64,000 nucleotides of DNA from a virus: positions 1-64,000 of IMG/VR virus record IMGVR_UViG_3300047319_001547, one strand, 5' to 3'. The position numbers were made by a program, and so were the translations under genes. Shown in pieces: positions 1-9,788 of this stretch. The notes beneath the pieces are model-generated. The model made no database searches. It was not told the DNA's origin and saw only the letters and a list, made by a program, of their open reading frames with translations. The stretch's first letter is position 1; every line of letters starts with the position of its first letter.

Positions 1-507
1 GTGCAGGCGGGCGCCACCTACATACGCACGATCCCCTGGGTGAGGTGGAGCTCCCCGCAGCTCTCGGGCGATCGTCCCCCCACCGGCTGCGAGGCGGTCG
101 TGATCGCGCACGGAAAGTCGAAGGGGCGCAAGCACTGGGGCGGGCCCGGCAACCTGACGCACTTCAGCCAGAAGTGCCTGCGGGGCGAGACGAAGCACCG
201 CGCCGAGAAGCCGCTCGACCTGATGCTGTCGCTGGTCGAGTACTTCTCGGACGCGGGCGAGCTCGTCGTCGACCCGTTCGCGGGCGCCGGCACCACCGGG
301 CTGGCGTGCCGCATCCTGGGGCGCCGGTTCGTCGGCGCGGAGCTCGACTCCGAGTGGGCCGAGAGGGCGCGACTGAGGATCAGAGCGCCGCACTTTTCGG
401 CCCGAGATGTTGAGCGTTTCAATCGCTGGGAGGGAGGCGCCGACCTTGGAACTCGAGTTCCAACCGCCCGTCCGCTCCCGGGACACGGAGTGGAGGCGAC
501 ACCGTGA
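1..507 (+). CDS. DNA methyltransferase (N6-adenine/N4-cytosine type), 5'-truncated by window edge
   Basis: HRAEKP..L...LVEYFS..GELVVDPFAGAGTTGLAC..LGRRFVGAELD: SAM-binding FxGxG motif at the C-terminus as in beta-class MTases. Confidence 0.85.
   Translation: MQAGATYIRTIPWVRWSSPQLSGDRPPTGCEAVVIAHGKSKGRKHWGGPGNLTHFSQKCLRGETKHRAEKPLDLMLSLVEYFSDAGELVVDPFAGAGTTGLACRILGRRFVGAELDSEWAERARLRIRAPHFSARDVERFNRWEGGADLGTRVPTARPLPGHGVEATP
447..462. repeat. 16-bp palindrome TGGAACTCGAGTTCCA, copy 1 (in MTase 3' end, read GTRVP)
   Basis: exact match, flanks T...A. Confidence 0.98.
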
Positions 508-908
508 ATGACGATCCGATGTTCGAGCCGGTCGTGACGAAACCCTACGGCGAGATCCGCTCCGACATGGCGGCCGCCGAGGCGAAGGAGCGCGGCTGCG
601 TGGTGGTGCTGCCGAAGGAAAACGAGCTCTTCATCGACATCGACTCTGAGGAGCAGGACGGCGCGTTCGAGCGAGCGATCGCGATCTACCGCCGTCACCG
701 CTCGGCTGTGGCGGTCAAGACGCCTTCGCCGAGTGGCGAGCCGGATCACTTTCACGTGGTGGTGCGTCTGACCAAGACGGTCGACGCGCGCGAGCGCATC
801 ATGCTGCAAGCCTGCATGGGATCCGACCCGGTGCGCGAGATGCTGAGCCTCCTGAGGCTGGAGCGTGGAGACCCGAACCCGACTCTCTTCTTCGAGAAGA
901 AGCCGTGA
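504..908 (+). CDS. hypothetical protein with primase-polymerase (AEP)-like motifs
   Basis: LFIDID (hhhDxD) followed by TPSPSG..DHFHVVV (SxSG..xH); overlaps upstream stop (GTGA). Confidence 0.45.
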   Translation: MNDDPMFEPVVTKPYGEIRSDMAAAEAKERGCVVVLPKENELFIDIDSEEQDGAFERAIAIYRRHRSAVAVKTPSPSGEPDHFHVVVRLTKTVDARERIMLQACMGSDPVREMLSLLRLERGDPNPTLFFEKKP

Positions 909-1264
909 CGACGCCCGAGGAGGTGTTTCAGATGCTGGCGCTCTCGATGGGGCGCGCCCTGATGCACCGGCACCGCGTCGTGCCGGTCGTCACGACCCTT
1001 CTGGAGCACAACGATCAGGTGAGGGTCGCGCGGTGCGGCCTGGACCGCGTGATCGTTGGTCAGGTGCCGACCGCGGAGGCGCTCGAGAACGCCCGGCTGG
1101 TCGACATCGAGTGGCGGCAGCTGGTGGGAGACCGGGAGCCTCAGGACTGCTGCGTGGTGCTGGACCGGCGGGTCGGCCAGGTGAGGCTCGAGGAGCTGAC
1201 GCCCGAGTGGCGCGCCCAGCTGGACGACTGGGAGCGGTCGGCGCGCGCGAAGTCCGCCAACTGA
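905..1264 (+). CDS. hypothetical protein
   Basis: GTGA overlap with previous gene, GC3-rich codons. Confidence 0.6.
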   Translation: MTTPEEVFQMLALSMGRALMHRHRVVPVVTTLLEHNDQVRVARCGLDRVIVGQVPTAEALENARLVDIEWRQLVGDREPQDCCVVLDRRVGQVRLEELTPEWRAQLDDWERSARAKSAN

Positions 1265-1282
1265 AGCGGCAAGAGATCTCGC

Positions 1283-1651
1283 ATGAGAGAAGCGCTCGAG
1301 AAGGTCCGCGCCCTGGTGGCGAATCCCAACACGTGGACGCGAGGCCAGTTCGCCCGAACTGCCGATGATCAGAGCTTTCGTCTGCCGCTCGACCCCGAAG
1401 CCGCCAGGTGGTGCCTGCGGGGCGCAGTTGCGCGGGCCTGCAACGACAGCGGGTTGGTCACCCCCGAGAGTTCAGAGGCCATCGCGGTGAGAGACGCGCT
1501 CATCAGAGCGGTCGCTTCGCTGGGGATCGACGTGCCGCCGGGAAAACACCAGCTGACCCACGTGAACGACGAGCTGGGGCGCGAGAAGACGCTGGAAGTG
1601 GTCGAGCGCGCGATCGCGGATTCGCCCGAAGAGGAGAAACTGCCATGGTGA
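1283..1651 (+). CDS. hypothetical phage protein (DUF6197-like)
   Basis: WTRGQFAR...WCLRGAV pattern recalled from this small phage family. Confidence 0.45.
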   Translation: MREALEKVRALVANPNTWTRGQFARTADDQSFRLPLDPEAARWCLRGAVARACNDSGLVTPESSEAIAVRDALIRAVASLGIDVPPGKHQLTHVNDELGREKTLEVVERAIADSPEEEKLPW

Positions 1652-2271
1652 ACATCTGCAAGTGCGGGATCGCCGCCGTCGACTGCGACTACCACCGGCC
1701 GACCGACAAGTTCACCGAGCGCGCCAAGAAGGTCGGCATGCTGCCGGAGGGCGTGCCGATCATCGTCGACACGACGTCGGGCAAACCGAAGGTGATCGAT
1801 CCGGCGTCAGTCGACGTGTGGAATCCCGTCACGGGACTGATGGAGCCGGCACGCGCGATCGACGTCGGTCCGCTCAACTGGCCGCGTCCGATGACGATCG
1901 ACGATCTCATCAAGGCCGAGCAGCATCTGAGGGCGGCGAAGATCCCGGAGTTCATTCCCGCCCCGTCGGAGTTGCTGATTCACCGCCACGACTTCGACCG
2001 CGCGAGCTTCGATTTCAGCCAGCCGCATCTCGATCTGTCGCCCGAGGATGTCGCGCACCGGGCGTTCCTGATGACGCCCTGCAGGTCGGTGCAGATCCAC
2101 GACAACAAGCTGCTCGGCGCCGCGACGGTCGAGCTCTTCTTCAATGCGATGCTGTGGAAGCACGCCGCCTGCACGATCGGCTTGCCGGGAGTCGACGAGT
2201 TCCGCAAGTGGATCGAAGAGAACCGCCTCGTCGGCACGTCGATCGACGTTCTCCCGTGCAGCTTCGTGTGA
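1645..2271 (+). CDS. hypothetical protein
   Basis: GAGGAG RBS before ATG 1645; N-terminal CxC...CxxH. Confidence 0.6.
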   Translation: MVNICKCGIAAVDCDYHRPTDKFTERAKKVGMLPEGVPIIVDTTSGKPKVIDPASVDVWNPVTGLMEPARAIDVGPLNWPRPMTIDDLIKAEQHLRAAKIPEFIPAPSELLIHRHDFDRASFDFSQPHLDLSPEDVAHRAFLMTPCRSVQIHDNKLLGAATVELFFNAMLWKHAACTIGLPGVDEFRKWIEENRLVGTSIDVLPCSFV

Positions 2272-2374
2272 AGCTGAGGCGCGAGCTCGCGGTGGCGGGC
2301 CTGACGCTCCTTCTGATCCCCGTCTGGCTGACGCTCGGCATCCTGACGATCCTCGCCGGCGGCATCAAGCGGTC

Positions 2375-2980
2375 ATGAGCGACCCGACCGTCTTCGACAA
2401 GCTGCAGGACCTGCGCGACCACTTCGTGCTGATGACTCAGGATTGCGACTACCAGCGGCGCAGAGCGAGCGACGCCGAAGCGCACGCGGTCCGCCTCCAG
2501 CAAGACACGCAGGCGCTCACCCTCGCCCTGAAGGTGCAGAACGAGAAGGTGGCGGCGCTCGAGAAGCAGCACAACGCCGCGTGCAAACTGCACGACGAGG
2601 TCGCGAGGGCCGAGAAGACGCGCGCCGACAAGGCGGAGAGCGAGCTGGCTGACTGGCGGTGCGAGAACTCGAGAGAGGTCAGCCGCGCGAGACTCATCGC
2701 CCGATACCAGCGATGCGCGCTTCGCATCTGGATGATGTTCGACTCTCGCATCGTCGACGGCCCGAACACTCACACGGATCCGTTCCCGGCTCTCGAGATG
2801 CTCGAGTCTTACCTGGATCGAAATCTCATCGGGCTCATCCCGGTCCCCGAATGCGCCGGCGGATGTTCGTTCACGTTCAAATGCGGCGTCTGGATCGGAC
2901 CGTGCGCGGACGGGAAGAATCATCACGTCGACTGCCCGATGGGCGTCGCGGCGAGCAAGAAGGCCGGCATCCAGCGTTGA
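2375..2980 (+). CDS. coiled-coil protein with C-terminal Cys/His cluster
   Basis: ATGA overlap, heptad-like region, C-terminal CAGGC..C..C..HH.DC. Confidence 0.6.
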   Translation: MSDPTVFDKLQDLRDHFVLMTQDCDYQRRRASDAEAHAVRLQQDTQALTLALKVQNEKVAALEKQHNAACKLHDEVARAEKTRADKAESELADWRCENSREVSRARLIARYQRCALRIWMMFDSRIVDGPNTHTDPFPALEMLESYLDRNLIGLIPVPECAGGCSFTFKCGVWIGPCADGKNHHVDCPMGVAASKKAGIQR

Positions 2981-3026
2981 GCGGCACCCATCCCGCCTTT
3001 ACGATGAGGCGCTGGAGGCGCTCAAA

Positions 3027-3677
3027 TTGAAGCGAAAGAAGAAGCCGACGCCAGGGCGGAAGCGAGATCCCGCCAACCTGATCAAGCCGGGCGAGCAGCG
3101 GCCTGTCGGTCACGTCGAGCCGCACGACCCCGACGGCAGATCGCCCGAGGATCGGATGGAGGACGAGCAGACCGGATTCGTGCTGCGGCTGCTCTCCAAC
3201 TCGCTGACGGTGCGCGAGATCGAGGCGGCGTGCCGCCAGCAGTACGGGATCGGCCACTCGCGCGTCACGAGGCTGCGTGCGCGCGCTCTCGAGGAGCTGC
3301 GGGTGGCGGCGGAGGCGAACCGTCCGTACGCGAAGGGCGAGGCGATAGCGCGCCTGCGCGGCGACCTCAGGACGCTCGCGGGGGCGATCGCGAGCGAGAC
3401 CGCGAAGCCGAAGGGTGCGGACCCGCGCGTGCTGGCGTCGCTCATCTCGGCCAAGCAGACGACCGAGATGAGGCTGGCTGACGTCGAGGGGACGCGCGCG
3501 CCCGACGAGGTGAGGGTGCATCACAACGTCACGGGGGCGCTCCTGACGGTGGCGGCGAACCTGACGCCCGAGCAGCTTCAGGCGGCGTTCGACCGCGGGA
3601 TGGAGCGCAGGCGGAAGGCGGCGATGTTCGACGCCGAGCAGAAGCTCTTGGTCGAGGCGGCAAAGGAACCGACGTGA
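3027..3677 (+). CDS. HTH protein, probable terminase small subunit
   Basis: HTH-like LTVREIEAAC...GIGHSRVTRLR, helical middle, RLADVEGTRAPDEVRV resembling the R.kl.GldaP..v motif of TerS-like proteins; upstream of TerL. Confidence 0.5.
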   Translation: MKRKKKPTPGRKRDPANLIKPGEQRPVGHVEPHDPDGRSPEDRMEDEQTGFVLRLLSNSLTVREIEAACRQQYGIGHSRVTRLRARALEELRVAAEANRPYAKGEAIARLRGDLRTLAGAIASETAKPKGADPRVLASLISAKQTTEMRLADVEGTRAPDEVRVHHNVTGALLTVAANLTPEQLQAAFDRGMERRRKAAMFDAEQKLLVEAAKEPT

Positions 3678-4051
3678 AGGTCACCAACACGATCGTCGGC
3701 GTCTTCGTGGTCGTTTTCTTCTCGACGGTGATCGGAGCACTCTCGATTCATCTGGCGGCCCAACCTGGAACTCGAGTTCCAGCAGACGAGCAGCGATGCG
3801 AGGACCGCGGCCGCGCGTGGGTGTGCTGGGTCGAGACGGCGCGCCTCACGACGGGCGACGGGCAGGATGAGAAGCCACCCACCGCAGTGAGTCCTCCCGC
3901 GGAGCCCGATGTGCCGCGATGCTGCTTGTGCGACGCGGTGCTGCGCGGAGACGACCGTCACGACCAGCAAGCAGCGTGCTGGCCCTGCCGGTCACGTCTC
4001 TCTGACGCCGAGCCGTTCTGGCTTCGCTTTCTCCGGTGGCTGGTGCGCTGA
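3674..4051 (+). CDS. membrane-anchored hypothetical protein with CxxC...CxxC
   Basis: N-terminal hydrophobic helix; GTGA overlap. Confidence 0.55.
   Translation: MKVTNTIVGVFVVVFFSTVIGALSIHLAAQPGTRVPADEQRCEDRGRAWVCWVETARLTTGDGQDEKPPTAVSPPAEPDVPRCCLCDAVLRGDDRHDQQAACWPCRSRLSDAEPFWLRFLRWLVR
3766..3781. repeat. 16-bp palindrome copy 2 (intragenic, GTRVP)
   Basis: exact match, flanks C...G. Confidence 0.98.
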
Positions 4052-4070
4052 GGGCGGCATCTCTGCTGGC

Positions 4071-4724
4071 ATGAGCGAACTCGAATACTTGGTGACGGAC
4101 GAAGACGCGAAGCTGATCGCGGACATGGTGGCTCGTCGCGCGACGATGTCGAGGGGCGATCTCGCGCACAACATCGGGTGTCTGATGCTGCGCGATGGCT
4201 ATCGACGCGGCGCAAGCGCGTCCCACAACGGCGCGATCGACGCGGAGGTGTCGAAGGGGCTGCGCGCCGAGAACGATGCTCTCAGGGCGTCGCTGAATCA
4301 CGCGAACGTCAGGCTCGAGTCCGCGATGGAGGCGATGAAGCGTGTTGGTGACCTTCACGACGACCGCGACGAGAACGGCTATTCGACGCATCCGCTCGTC
4401 CGAGAGCTGGAAGGGCAGATCGACAAGCGCGAGAAGGCCACCGCGTCAGCACTCGAGCAGGCGCGCGTCCTCGGCGAGGAGAACGCGAAGCTGATGAAGG
4501 ACCACGCCGACTTGCTGAACGATGGGATCAAGCGCGGTCGCGCCCAGGTGGTCGGCTGGCTGACCCCTGTTGCCGAGCTTCTGACCGAGAGAGGGGCGCT
4601 GAACGTCGCCGCCCTGGTGCGCGAGCTTCAGTCGTCCATCGTTCGAGCGGTGCTGGACGTGTCGATCCCGTTCGCCACGGCGCTCATCCGCTGCACCGAC
4701 ATGCCGTCCGACGACGTGGAGTGA
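4071..4724 (+). CDS. coiled-coil hypothetical protein
   Basis: ORF with typical codon bias, heptad pattern. Confidence 0.6.
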   Translation: MSELEYLVTDEDAKLIADMVARRATMSRGDLAHNIGCLMLRDGYRRGASASHNGAIDAEVSKGLRAENDALRASLNHANVRLESAMEAMKRVGDLHDDRDENGYSTHPLVRELEGQIDKREKATASALEQARVLGEENAKLMKDHADLLNDGIKRGRAQVVGWLTPVAELLTERGALNVAALVRELQSSIVRAVLDVSIPFATALIRCTDMPSDDVE

Positions 4725-4954
4725 TGAAGTTCCTCCTAGTCTTCTTCGCGACCTTCGTGGCGGACGCCGTCTGGGCTCTCTACATCCAGAACGTCGCGGC
4801 CCGTCACGCCTACGCGGCGTCCGTCTACGCGTCCGTCCTGCTGATAGCCAGCACGAGCGCGACGATCGCCTGCGTGGGGGATCACGATCTCCTGTGGCCC
4901 GCGGCATGCGGAGCGTTCGCGGGCACGTGGCTCGCAGTGAGGTTCGGACGATGA
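4721..4954 (+). CDS. small membrane protein
   Basis: 77 aa, three hydrophobic stretches, overlapping start/stop. Confidence 0.6.
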   Translation: MMKFLLVFFATFVADAVWALYIQNVAARHAYAASVYASVLLIASTSATIACVGDHDLLWPAACGAFAGTWLAVRFGR

Positions 4955-5313
4955 TTCATCTCCTGCACGCAGCCGCAGGTCTCGTAAAGCTCGTCGGACG
5001 ATTCGTCGTCGGCAAGATCCAACGCACGCCGTTCACCGTCAGGCAGACGTTCCGAGAGCATCTGACGCGCCAGGAATCGCCGAGCACCCGCGCAGTTCGC
5101 GTGATGGGTGAGATCATCGAGCGCACCGAGGAGCAGCGCGGCGAGATGACGATCCAGCAGCAGCGCGCTCAGGCGCTCAGCTTCGCCTACGGGAACCTGG
5201 CGGCGTCCGCGCATCACAAGCCGAACGTCTTCGCCTTCTGGCAGGTCGCGCAGAACGACGGCTGGGGGAAGGACGACTTCGAGGCGTGGGCGTCAGAGCG
5301 CGAGTGGGAGTGA
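4951..5313 (+). CDS. hypothetical protein
   Basis: ATGA overlap, codon bias. Confidence 0.55.
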   Translation: MIHLLHAAAGLVKLVGRFVVGKIQRTPFTVRQTFREHLTRQESPSTRAVRVMGEIIERTEEQRGEMTIQQQRAQALSFAYGNLAASAHHKPNVFAFWQVAQNDGWGKDDFEAWASEREWE

Positions 5314-5531
5314 TGGCGCCCATCCCGCCCGGCATCGCGCTCCTGTTCCTCCTGGCCACGCTGGGGCTCGCGATGGCGATCGTCTACGGACTCGGCGGCC
5401 CCCCGTCTGGCCCGCCGCCCGCCCCACGCTGACCGGAGACGCGTCCGGACCCTCCGGGACGTCCTTTCCCCCGTCCGGGACGCAGAGACGCGTCTGAAGC
5501 GATTCTCGGCGGAAGTCGGCATCATCCAGGG

Positions 5532-6032
5532 ATGGCGGACTTCGACCCGAGGAAGATGACGGACGAAGAGCGGGTGGCGATGAAGGAGCTGGAGCAGGCG
5601 GTCGTCCAGACCGCCTTCCCGGTGGTGAAGCTGTTCCTCAAGGCGGCCCACGACACCGGCAACCCGCTGGCCGGGTCGGTCGGCGACTTCTGCGCGATGG
5701 TGACGCTGCTGTCGATGTTCCTCCGCGACGCGGCTGAGCGTCAGGGGGTCGACACTGGAACTCGAGTTCCAACCCAGGACCCGCAGCAGAGCGAGTTCGC
5801 CAAGAACGCCGCGTGGCTGAAGGCGAACCGCGGGCAGGCGCGCTGGGACGGCAAGTGGGTGGCTCTTCAGGCAGGTCAGCCGCTGGTCGGCCCGTACGAC
5901 GCGCGCGACACCGTCGAGAAGGTGGCGACGTCGGCCGGGTGGGATCTGACGAAGATGACGATCGTCCGCGTGGGCGCGCCCGACTACGCGTCGATGCTGG
6001 AAGATCCGCCGGGCGGCATCAAGCCCGCATGA
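5532..6032 (+). CDS. hypothetical protein with C-terminal DUF5678-like segment
   Basis: WLKANR...WDGKWVALQAG pattern; two domains joined by a linker carrying palindrome copy 3. Confidence 0.55.
   Translation: MADFDPRKMTDEERVAMKELEQAVVQTAFPVVKLFLKAAHDTGNPLAGSVGDFCAMVTLLSMFLRDAAERQGVDTGTRVPTQDPQQSEFAKNAAWLKANRGQARWDGKWVALQAGQPLVGPYDARDTVEKVATSAGWDLTKMTIVRVGAPDYASMLEDPPGGIKPA
5756..5771. repeat. 16-bp palindrome copy 3 (intragenic linker, GTRVP)
   Basis: exact match, flanks C...A. Confidence 0.98.
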
Positions 6033-6406
6033 ACCTGAAAAGCGCGAAGCTTCTGCGCGGGTGCTGCGAGCAAGTCCCCGACTTCAAACTCAGAACATTC
6101 GTCGAGGCCAAAGGGTCTCTGGTCGTCGAGTACAGGTTCACGTTCGACGGGAAGACATACGGAAAGTCTCACATGACGAGCTTTCTGTCGATGGAAGCGA
6201 TGGGTCACGAACCCGACGACGTGAACAACACACGGATCGAACACGACCTGCTGAAGGACGCGCTTCGTCTCATCGAAGATCTCCAGAAGACCCCCGAGCA
6301 GCGCAAGTTCGACGAACTCGAGGCGCGGGTCGGCAGGCTCGAAGAGATCGAACGTTCGCGTGGCATCTCGGCGTTCGGCCCCAAGCCTTTTCGCGGCACG
6401 TATTGA
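6029..6406 (+). CDS. hypothetical protein
   Basis: ATGA overlap. Confidence 0.55.
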   Translation: MNLKSAKLLRGCCEQVPDFKLRTFVEAKGSLVVEYRFTFDGKTYGKSHMTSFLSMEAMGHEPDDVNNTRIEHDLLKDALRLIEDLQKTPEQRKFDELEARVGRLEEIERSRGISAFGPKPFRGTY

Positions 6407-6441
6407 CCGAAGCGACGCCCCCCTGAGATGCTCCACCCTGC

Positions 6442-8094
6442 GTGGAGGCGATCGCTGACAGTCCGGAGATGCTCGAGGTCGCGCTCGAGGATCTGATGAT
6501 CCGCGCCCAGGAGGCGCGCGAGGACCCCACCAAGTTCCTGGCGTTCGTGATGCGCGCCGAGGACACGGGCGAGCCGATCGAGCCGGCCGACCACCAAATA
6601 GTCATGCTGGACTTCCTGGTCCAGCACCGCGCCGCCTGCGTCCTCACCGCGGTCGACCACGCCAAGACATTCACTAGCGCCGCCCTGGTGCTCTGGCTGC
6701 TGGGCCACAACCCGCGGCTCCGCATCGCGCTCCTGGGGGACGCCGAGGAGCAGCCCAAGAAGGTGCTGAAGGTCATCCGAACGATGATCGAGCAGTCGGC
6801 GGAGCTCCGGCTCGTCTTCCCGAGCCTGCGCAAGACGACGCGAGACGGCGAGCCCTGGACGGACTCCGACATCACGGTCGAGCGCGGCCCCGGCATCAAG
6901 GACTCTTCGGTATGCGCGCGCGGGCTCGAGTCGTCCCTCATCCCAGGCTCTCGCTGGGACGTGGCGATCCTCGACGACTTCGTGAACGACGAGAACGTCC
7001 GCACACCGGAGCGCCGCGACTGGCAGCACTCGCTGGTCCAGAAGCGCTGCGTGCCGCGCGTCGACAAGAATCACGGCCGCATCTACCTGCTGTCGAACGC
7101 CTGGCACGAGGACGACAGCTTCCAGCGACACGCGAAGGTCTGGCCCTGCCTGACGATGAGGGTCGACGGCACGATCCTGATCAAGAACGCCCCGACGTGG
7201 GACAGCCCGCTGATACGGCCCGCGGACGACCGGCCCGCCGAAGACCCGAACGCCGAGTACCGGCTGATCGCGCACGACCCGGATCCGACCAACGAGCAGA
7301 CCCTCTGGCCCGAGCGCTTCAGCCGCGAAACGATCGCGAAGATCCGCGAGCAGATGCTGCCGGAGGCGTTCGCCCAGACCTACATGTGCATCTGCCGCGA
7401 CTACAGCCAGTCGCTCTGCCGTCCCGAGTACATCGCGAAGGCGCAGCAGATCGGTCGCGAGCTTCAGATCCATCCCGACGTCTACAAGGCATACGGCGGC
7501 TTTCATCGACGCAAGGAGGACGTCCGGATCCCGTGCGGCCAGGGGTTGGTCTTCATCGGGGTCGACATGGCGTTCAGCAAGCAGTCGAGCGCCGACGAGA
7601 GCGCGATCTTCACCTTCATGGTGCTGCCGGGCGCCATCAGGCTGCCGCTCTGGATCGAGCACGGCCGCTGGGGGGCGGAGGAGCTGGAGCAGCGCGTGCT
7701 GGACCACCACGAGCGCTACCAGCCGTCAGCCTTTGCGGTCGAGAACGTCGCGGCCCAGGAGCACGTCCGGCAGTTCCTCCAGCGGGTCGACAAGACGATG
7801 CCGATCAAGCCCTACACAACCGACGCCAAGAAGCACAACGTGTTCTTCGGCGTCCCCTCCATCTTCGCCGAGTTCGCCGCGGGCGCGTGGGCGTTTCCCA
7901 ATCAGGAGGGACGGATGCGGCCGGAGCTCCAGAAGTTCGCCGACCAGTGCCTCGGCTATGCGCCCTCCGATCACACGGGCGACCTCCTGATGGCCGCCTA
8001 CTTTGCGTCCGAGATGGCGAAGAAGTTCGGCGCCCTCGCGCGCAACCTCGGGCCGAAGAACAAGCGGATCGCGGCAAACCTCATGGCGAGGTGA
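6442..8094 (+). CDS. terL: terminase large subunit
   Basis: ADHQ adenine-binding Q, Walker A-like AVDHAKT, Walker B VAILDD, coupling SNAWH.DD, LWPERF, RNase H-fold FIGVDMA...ADESA...AVE.VAAQ...DHTGDLLMA. Confidence 0.9.
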   Translation: MEAIADSPEMLEVALEDLMIRAQEAREDPTKFLAFVMRAEDTGEPIEPADHQIVMLDFLVQHRAACVLTAVDHAKTFTSAALVLWLLGHNPRLRIALLGDAEEQPKKVLKVIRTMIEQSAELRLVFPSLRKTTRDGEPWTDSDITVERGPGIKDSSVCARGLESSLIPGSRWDVAILDDFVNDENVRTPERRDWQHSLVQKRCVPRVDKNHGRIYLLSNAWHEDDSFQRHAKVWPCLTMRVDGTILIKNAPTWDSPLIRPADDRPAEDPNAEYRLIAHDPDPTNEQTLWPERFSRETIAKIREQMLPEAFAQTYMCICRDYSQSLCRPEYIAKAQQIGRELQIHPDVYKAYGGFHRRKEDVRIPCGQGLVFIGVDMAFSKQSSADESAIFTFMVLPGAIRLPLWIEHGRWGAEELEQRVLDHHERYQPSAFAVENVAAQEHVRQFLQRVDKTMPIKPYTTDAKKHNVFFGVPSIFAEFAAGAWAFPNQEGRMRPELQKFADQCLGYAPSDHTGDLLMAAYFASEMAKKFGALARNLGPKNKRIAANLMAR

Positions 8095-8345
8095 TGATGG
8101 GCGGAGCTCGGATGCGGTCGGACGGCACTCGCCAGAACGCGGTCTTCATCGACGCGCTGCGGGCGGTCCTGAGGCTCGACCCACTCTACGAGAGCGTGAG
8201 CCAGCGCAACGCACGCATGCCCGCGGAGCTCCGCCACGTGGTCGGCATCTGGCCGGATTTCGCCGACAACGACGGCCATCTGGCTGCGATGAACTTCCAC
8301 CCTGGAACTCGAGTTCCAACCCCGGGACGCCGCGCGTGCCGGTAG
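8094..8345 (+). CDS. hypothetical protein
   Basis: TGATG coupling to TerL. Confidence 0.45.
   Translation: MMGGARMRSDGTRQNAVFIDALRAVLRLDPLYESVSQRNARMPAELRHVVGIWPDFADNDGHLAAMNFHPGTRVPTPGRRACR
8303..8318. repeat. 16-bp palindrome copy 4 (3' end of small ORF, GTRVP)
   Basis: exact match, flanks C...A. Confidence 0.98.
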
Positions 8346-8527
8346 CGATCAAGAAGTGCGGCTGCGGACGCACCTACGACCTCGCTGCGTGGAATCGTCT
8401 GCAGTATGTGGGCATCCAGGAAGGCGAGCTCACCTACGACCTGGAGCTCCGGAACTGCTTCTGCGGGTCGACGATCTCCCTGCGCAAATCAGTGCGGTTG
8501 ACCCGTCGGTCAGGAGCCTCAGACTAG
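8336..8527 (+). CDS. small zinc-ribbon protein
   Basis: KKCGCGRTY...LELRNCFCGSTIS. Confidence 0.55.
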   Translation: MPVAIKKCGCGRTYDLAAWNRLQYVGIQEGELTYDLELRNCFCGSTISLRKSVRLTRRSGASD

Positions 8528-8534
8528 ACAGGAG

Positions 8535-8882
8535 ATGGCGGACCGGGCGGCAAGGATCGGAAGGATGCTCCCGCCGCAGATGGACGTCGTGCAGAGAAGC
8601 GAGTGGAATCACTTCACTCATCTGCTGCTGACCGACGGGCAGCTGCTGGATCTGCTGAGGAAGCGCTGGCCGGACTTCAAGGTCGAGCGCACCAACTCCG
8701 AGGGGATGGACGCCTGGACGGCCGCCCCCACGCCCGCGCGCCCCTGCTGGCTGGTGAGGTTTCACGACGGGACGAACAAGCACCAGATCGCCATCACGAT
8801 CGAGGACGGGCACGAGTGGCTTTGCTATCGCTTCGCCCTCTACACCGCCTACGTGTTTCACCTTTCTGGGAGCGGATCATGA
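8535..8882 (+). CDS. hypothetical protein
   Basis: GGAG before ATG, codon bias. Confidence 0.55.
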   Translation: MADRAARIGRMLPPQMDVVQRSEWNHFTHLLLTDGQLLDLLRKRWPDFKVERTNSEGMDAWTAAPTPARPCWLVRFHDGTNKHQIAITIEDGHEWLCYRFALYTAYVFHLSGSGS

Positions 8883-9051
8883 CGCCTGAGGTTCGAGAGA
8901 TCTACGACGCCCTGATTGCCAAGCCGGCCATCTTCGGTGACGCGCGCGCCCGCTACGAGAAGCTTCGGGCGCGGATCATCGAGGAGGTCGGCTACAACGC
9001 CTTCTGGGACCGGCAGCACGAAGCGTTCGTGGAGCTGGGGCGCAACAGACC

Positions 9052-9324
9052 GTGAGCATGCGAGAGATCCTCGAAGGCGTCCCGGAGGGCGAGCCGTCCG
9101 AGCTGGTGGCACGAATGGGTCGCCGCGTCACCGACGTCTACTACGTCTCGCTGGAGGCCATCAGCGACGAGGAGCGGAACGCCTTCCTGAAGTGGCTGGT
9201 GGATCTCGTCGAGCACCGAGACTGGCGGTCGCTGCTGATCGAGGTCGAGAAGGGCCGGCCGATCGCCAACGGGATGACGACCGACGGGGAGGTTCACTCC
9301 TTCGGCTGGCCGGTCTGGTCGTAG
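9052..9324 (+). CDS. hypothetical protein
   Basis: GTGA overlap with small ORF 8879-9055. Confidence 0.5.
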   Translation: MSMREILEGVPEGEPSELVARMGRRVTDVYYVSLEAISDEERNAFLKWLVDLVEHRDWRSLLIEVEKGRPIANGMTTDGEVHSFGWPVWS

Positions 9325-9344
9325 GGGCGCGGCAAGAAGCGCAC

Positions 9345-9788
9345 GTGACCGAAGAAGCGAAGATTCCAGAGCTCGGAACGTCGGACGAGATGACGCTCAC
9401 GATCGCCGAGGAGGCGCTTGGGTTCGCGCGCGCCCGCATGACGCAGCTCATCTCCCAGCTTCTGGTCGAGACCGACACGCAGTGGGCGAAGGATCTGCTG
9501 CGCGAATTCGCCTGCGTTCTCCCGCACTACCACCGCGCCCTCAAGCTGCTGGTGGCGCTCCGTCTGCGCTCACCCTGGTGGCAGCCGGTCAAGTTCACGA
9601 TCGGGCCGAACGGCGAACCGGACTTCGGTAAGACTGAGATCCCCGACCACGAAGACCGCACCACCTGCTTCCGGGCTCAGCACTTCGCCCGGAGGACGAT
9701 CGGCGATCGAACGGTCTTCACGTTCCGAGACTTCAACGGGCTGTCGATCGACGTCTCGATGCCCTCAGACACCGGGCTCCCGTTGTGA
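9345..9788 (+). CDS. hypothetical protein
   Basis: GTG start, codon bias. Confidence 0.55.
   Translation: MTEEAKIPELGTSDEMTLTIAEEALGFARARMTQLISQLLVETDTQWAKDLLREFACVLPHYHRALKLLVALRLRSPWWQPVKFTIGPNGEPDFGKTEIPDHEDRTTCFRAQHFARRTIGDRTVFTFRDFNGLSIDVSMPSDTGLPL

Noticed and set aside
5433-5500. GGACGCGTCT / GTCCGGGAC-like words also near 27727 and 53341
   Set aside because: Short, GC-rich and inconsistent in context; cannot be separated from chance by eye
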